NCBI GenBank assembly: GCA_016763075.1
Contig: JAESUM010000068.1
Coordinates: 13,051-77,050, forward strand
DNA length: 64,000 nt
Direction: 5' to 3'
Origin: Pseudomonadales bacterium
GTDB lineage: Bacteria; Pseudomonadota; Gammaproteobacteria; Pseudomonadales; JAHRWD01
Positions 59,976 to 64,000 of the stretch are shown in pieces. The notes beneath the pieces were generated by a model, which was given only the letters and a program-made list of their open reading frames with translations, had not been told where the DNA came from and made no database searches. The translations under genes and the position numbers were made by a program. Each line of letters opens with the position of its first letter. Position 1 is the first letter of the stretch.

Positions 59976-60067
59976 TTACAAGTCTGCACCGCTCGTGTTT
60001 ATACCGGCTGTGACGTCACTTCTCTTTTTTATTTTCTTCAAAACTTTACAGGTTTATTAACCCAAGA

Positions 60068-61711
60068 CTACTCTAACAGCCGCGTGGCAGGAACTTGATC
60101 CTTCAACCGTATCGCAGTTTCTTGAAACTCTTCCCGACACGCCAAAAACGCTTCAACAATCAATGGGTCAAAATGCGTACCTATTCCTTCGGTAATTATC
60201 CCCATCGCTTTTTCATGCCTGAAGGCAGGTTTGTAGACCCTTTGACTGGTGAGAGCATCGTAAACATCTGCTAATGCCAAAATTCTCGCACTCAATGGAA
60301 TCTGCTTACCGGCAATGCCTTTTGGGTATCCGGAGCCATCCCATTTTTCATGATGGCAATACGCGATCTGCATGCCCATTTTCAAAAAGCTATGGTTGTG
60401 GCCATCCAAAACAATTTGCTTAAGTGTATCCCCGCCAATCGCAGCATGGGTTTTCATGATCTCGAATTCTTCATCGGTCAAACGGCCAGGCTTACATAAG
60501 ATGCTATCGGGTATACCCACTTTTCCAATGTCATGCAGCGGCGACGAGCGGCCTAAATCGTAGACAAATTCATCGGTTATTTCTGATGCGTAAGGTGAAT
60601 CGGTTTGCAGATACCGAGCCATATAGTCGCAATAATGCTGCAGCCGTTTAAGATGACCGCCGGTTTCCGGATCGCGATACTCCGATAACGTCGCCAACGC
60701 CAGGATGATGGCCTCTTGCGCCTCATCACGCTGCGCCATGTGATTTTGGCTTGAGATTGCAGTTGCGGTAGACTCCGCTATCGAACGAGCGCCTTGAATA
60801 TCTTCGTCGCTATAGGCCTCGTTACCTAAGTGGCCAGTAATATTGAGCACACCTACGGTTGTCCCCGATGACACCATAGGTACGCAGATCAGCGCATTTT
60901 GCTGAAAGAAATCGTCACCATCTTGGTACTGCAGCGTTACCTCTTCATCACTTCGTAACACCTGCGCTCGCTTGCTGGCAAATACTTGCGCGGTGATGCC
61001 TGTTCCGGTTAAAAGCTTTTGTAATGCGGCTTCTTCGCCAACACCGATACTGGCTCGAACATGTAATGATTGGCAGTTTTTGTCTGGCAGAAAAATGGCC
61101 ACTTGCTCGCTGTGCAGCAGCTCTGCTGTGGCATGCGCCGCGTATTCACTGATTTCTGCCACTGAGGTCAGGCCATTTAGACCGGTGATAAATTCATTCA
61201 TTGAGCGAATCGTTTTGGTTCGCTGTTCAACCTTTTGTTCTAGCTGGGTGTTTAAACCTGCCAGTTGCGCATTGGCGTATTCCAGTTGAACCTTTAAGTC
61301 ACGCTCAGACTTTATCAGCTCGAACTGTTTGAACCCGTCTTCTATCGCCTGTTCCAATACTTCACTCAGGCAAGGCTTGTTTAAGAAACGAAAAATCCGG
61401 CCTTCGTGTAGCGCCTTTACTGCAATATCTAGCTCCGCTCGCCCGGTTAGCATCACCATCGAGCTGTCGGGGCGGTATTGCCGCGCTGCACCAAGAAACT
61501 CGATGCCATCCATGCCGGGCATATTAAAGTCAGAAATAATCACACCAAAAGGTTTTTCCGATTCTGACTTTAGCAGCTCTAGTGCTTCGGCTCCGCTGGA
61601 GGCAGTGCTGACCTGATACTGTTTGCGGTATTGCCTCCGAATTGCATCAACAACATTCGGTTCATCATCCACGCAAAGAATATGAGGCCTATGATCATTC
61701 GCTGTCGCCAT
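60068..61711 (-). CDS. response regulator REC-GAF-HD-GYP (c-di-GMP phosphodiesterase type)
   Basis: 547 aa. REC (ILCVDDE...ISDFNMPGMDG), a central GAF-like region, then HDIGK and HHEKWDGSGYP motifs. Confidence 0.85.
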   Translation of the reverse strand: MATANDHRPHILCVDDEPNVVDAIRRQYRKQYQVSTASSGAEALELLKSESEKPFGVIISDFNMPGMDGIEFLGAARQYRPDSSMVMLTGRAELDIAVKALHEGRIFRFLNKPCLSEVLEQAIEDGFKQFELIKSERDLKVQLEYANAQLAGLNTQLEQKVEQRTKTIRSMNEFITGLNGLTSVAEISEYAAHATAELLHSEQVAIFLPDKNCQSLHVRASIGVGEEAALQKLLTGTGITAQVFASKRAQVLRSDEEVTLQYQDGDDFFQQNALICVPMVSSGTTVGVLNITGHLGNEAYSDEDIQGARSIAESTATAISSQNHMAQRDEAQEAIILALATLSEYRDPETGGHLKRLQHYCDYMARYLQTDSPYASEITDEFVYDLGRSSPLHDIGKVGIPDSILCKPGRLTDEEFEIMKTHAAIGGDTLKQIVLDGHNHSFLKMGMQIAYCHHEKWDGSGYPKGIAGKQIPLSARILALADVYDALTSQRVYKPAFRHEKAMGIITEGIGTHFDPLIVEAFLACREEFQETAIRLKDQVPATRLLE

Positions 61712-62963
61712 TACTCAAACGCTCCATAATTGGTTCTGCTAGTTCTCGCCAGTGTTCTATCTCATCCAGCACTCCCACCTCCTCAAGATATTTCATATCC
61801 AAGAAGGTTTTGAAGGGCCAACCGGCCGCTTCGTATTCACAAATAATGGCCGCTGCACAATGAACTGCCGTAGTTGCATTCATACCTCGGTAGCCCGAAG
61901 CGCTCGGCGTATGATGAAAATAAACCGCCTCTACTACTCGCGCGGGTATATTCCAAAGGCTCAGCAAATACCCTGCGGCCTCATTGTGGCTGACTTCAAA
62001 TATCTGTCTTTCAAGTGTTTCGGGGGTTTCAATGGTTTCGTCGGTGTCATCGCAGGCACTATCACGGAGACTATCGCCGGGATTTCGCTTAATAGCTTCA
62101 CAAAGCTGGCCAAATTTTTCGGCGTCGTGATCCACCAAAATTAAATAACCTATTTCGTGCATCAGCCCAGCAATGTAGGCCTGATCAAGCCTATCGCCTT
62201 CTTGGCCCGTAGCAAAAGCGATCTCTTTTGCTAGCTCCGCTACCGCCAAAGAATATTTCCAAAAGCTGTCGGTGATCACTTCTGGGGTGGCATCGGAGGC
62301 TTCAAAGCACTGGAACAGAGAGCAACGCAGCACTAACAGCTTCAGTTGTTCCATGCCAAACCGAGTAATCGCTTCTTGGATACTTGAGACAAACCGAGTG
62401 CCAAAAAACAATGGCGAGTTTGCTAACTGAAGAACTTTGGCACTCATTCCGCCGTCTTTTTCTATCATCAGCGCAATTTGGTCGGCGCTCGCGCTTTGTG
62501 AATCAATGGCGTTGGAAACGTTGTGATACACCGAGGGAAGGCTTGGCAATTTGCCAATCTTCCCCATCAGCTCTCGAATCAGGTCGTTATCGACCATTTT
62601 TTGCGTGAACAGCAGCTCTTCAATAATTTCGATCAGTTGGTCACCCGCACAAGGTTTGCTAACAAACCGGTGAGCGCATTCCGATGCCTTTGCAAGCTTA
62701 GCGAGGTCAGCATGGCCGGTGAGCACAATCCGTGCGGTGGCAGGGGAAACCGCTATCACTTTGCCCAGTAGCTGATCTCCAGACATTCCAGGCATTTGCA
62801 TGTCGGTAACTAAAACATCTACGGTTTGCTTATTAAAAATATCGAGCGCCGATGCGCCGTTATCTGCGAACAACATGTGCCATTGGTCGCGCTGTTTACG
62901 CAGAGATCTTTTTAGCCCGGAAAGAACGTTGATTTCGTCATCTACAAACAAAATGGTTTTCAT
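61695..62963 (-). CDS. response regulator REC-HDOD
   Basis: 422 aa. REC (ILFVDDE...VTDMQMPGMSG) followed by an HDOD-like domain (LPSLPSVY..., MHEIGYLIL). 17-nt overlap with the downstream gene. Confidence 0.75.
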   Translation of the reverse strand: MKTILFVDDEINVLSGLKRSLRKQRDQWHMLFADNGASALDIFNKQTVDVLVTDMQMPGMSGDQLLGKVIAVSPATARIVLTGHADLAKLAKASECAHRFVSKPCAGDQLIEIIEELLFTQKMVDNDLIRELMGKIGKLPSLPSVYHNVSNAIDSQSASADQIALMIEKDGGMSAKVLQLANSPLFFGTRFVSSIQEAITRFGMEQLKLLVLRCSLFQCFEASDATPEVITDSFWKYSLAVAELAKEIAFATGQEGDRLDQAYIAGLMHEIGYLILVDHDAEKFGQLCEAIKRNPGDSLRDSACDDTDETIETPETLERQIFEVSHNEAAGYLLSLWNIPARVVEAVYFHHTPSASGYRGMNATTAVHCAAAIICEYEAAGWPFKTFLDMKYLEEVGVLDEIEHWRELAEPIMERLSNGDSE

Positions 62964-64000
62964 CAGCCCACCGCCTGAATCGGGCTATCGTGGCTTTCTT
63001 CACGCTTTACTCGCTCGGGGATTTTTAGCCTAAACTGAGTCCCTTCGCCAACCCGCGTATCTAAAAATATTCGGCCATTGTGCTTACGTTCAATCGTTTG
63101 AAATGCAAGGTTGAGCCCTTGGCCCGTGCCTTTGCCAACTTCTTTGGTGGTAAAAAATGGATCAAATACTTTATGGCGCACCTCTTCTGGTATGCCGCAG
63201 CCGTTATCGCTCACGCAAACCTCAATGTAACCTGGCTCCGGCACTGAAGTTGAAATACGAATCAAACCACGCTGACTGCCTTTTTCTTCAATCGCATGGG
63301 CGGCATTCACAATCAAATTCAAAAACACCTGATTAAGCTCACCTGCATGGCATTCAACCAGCGGGATTTCAGCCAAGTTAGTTTCGATATCGGCAATGTA
63401 TTTGTATTCGTTGCGCGCCACTATCAAGGTATTGCTAATAGCCTCGTTGATATCAAGCAGAGATACTTGCCCAGAGCCGGAAGGCGAGAAATTCTTCATG
63501 GCTTTAACAATTTCAGAAACCCGGGTGATCCCTTCAAGGGACTGCAGCATGGCCGCCGGGGCATCTTCCAGCATGAACTCAAGGTCACACTCTTGTTCCA
63601 GCTTTCGAATAGTGGCCACTTGTTCGCTCAATACGTTTTGCGCCTCCAGCTGTGTCAATAACTGCTGATAGCCATTGCTGAGTGATTCGATATCAACCAA
63701 ATACTCCGAAATGGTACGCATGTTGTCGTTAACGTATTGAATGGGGGTGTTAATTTCATGGGCGATACCCGCCGCCAGCTGGCCTATCGATTCTAGTTTT
63801 TGAGCCTGATTAAGCTGCTCTTCAAGCGTTGCCCGCTCGCTCACATCACGCACAACCAACACTATTTTGGTATCCAGCCCATCACCCACTAAGCTGACGC
63901 TGAATTCAATTGAGAAACAGCTGCCATCTTTGCGCAGCCCTTGTTGGTCAAACACTTGATAGGGCTCAACGTCGCCGCTGGCCATTTCGGCGAATTTTTC
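62963..64000 (-). CDS. PAS-containing sensor histidine kinase; N-terminus lies beyond the window edge
   Basis: HisKA H-box [12 protein letters not shown]-box [22 protein letters not shown]. The frame stays open at position 64000. Its stop overlaps the REC-HDOD ATG (TGATG). Confidence 0.85.
   Translation of the reverse strand, partial: EKFAEMASGDVEPYQVFDQQGLRKDGSCFSIEFSVSLVGDGLDTKIVLVVRDVSERATLEEQLNQAQKLESIGQLAAGIAHEINTPIQYVNDNMRTISEYLVDIESLSNGYQQLLTQLEAQNVLSEQVATIRKLEQECDLEFMLEDAPAAMLQSLEGITRVSEIVKAMKNFSPSGSGQVSLLDINEAISNTLIVARNEYKYIADIETNLAEIPLVECHAGELNQVFLNLIVNAAHAIEEKGSQRGLIRISTSVPEPGYIEVCVSDNGCGIPEEVRHKVFDPFFTTKEVGKGTGQGLNLAFQTIERKHNGRIFLDTRVGEGTQFRLKIPERVKREESHDSPIQAVG

Overview
This 64-kb window is a chromosomal segment from a moderate-G+C gammaproteobacterium. 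The gene order (rppH / lgt-thyA, mlaFEDCB-ibaG-murA-hisGD, engB / cytochrome c5-c4 / dsbA) is of the Pseudomonas / Cellvibrio / Oceanospirillales type. I cannot name the species from sequence alone.

Most of the window is core housekeeping:
- a type IV pilus minor-pilin operon (pilV-W-X-Y1-E) with a divergent FimT/FimU-like gene
- rhlB, cysZ, ispB
- glycine cleavage genes gcvT-H-PA-PB
- rlmI, rppH, lgt, thyA
- the Mla operon, then ibaG, murA, hisG, hisD
- a 2-Cys peroxiredoxin, tesB, a quinone oxidoreductase, murI
- cysQ, yrfG, rluE
- a GldA/F/G-like ABC-2 transporter
- two acyl-CoA dehydrogenases
- engB, cytochromes c5 and c4, dsbA
- a terminal HK / REC-HDOD / REC-GAF-HD-GYP signalling operon

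I saw no rRNA, tRNA, CRISPR, integrase or transposase.

Three small AT-rich accessory insertions stand out:
1. 13.67-16.67 kb: a tightly packed operon of a REC-TPR response regulator, a sensor-less histidine kinase and a UDG-superfamily protein. This is my best candidate for an undescribed module.
2. 22.9-24.1 kb: a BrnT-like toxin wrecked by three frameshifts next to an intact BrnA-like antitoxin, plus an antitoxin-domain/two-TM fusion ORF.
3. 40.9-43.2 kb: an intact RelE/HigB-like toxin whose HTH antitoxin is out of frame because of an 8-bp x3 tandem repeat, followed by two multiply damaged genes.

Other points worth a second look:
- gcvPB carries a single-base frameshift that creates an ATGA stop/start junction.
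- An 8-bp x8 tandem array forms the 3' end of yrfG.
- engB has no canonical start codon where homology begins.

All calls rest on reading the sequence and ORF translations by eye and on remembered family motifs. No database search or computation was run.
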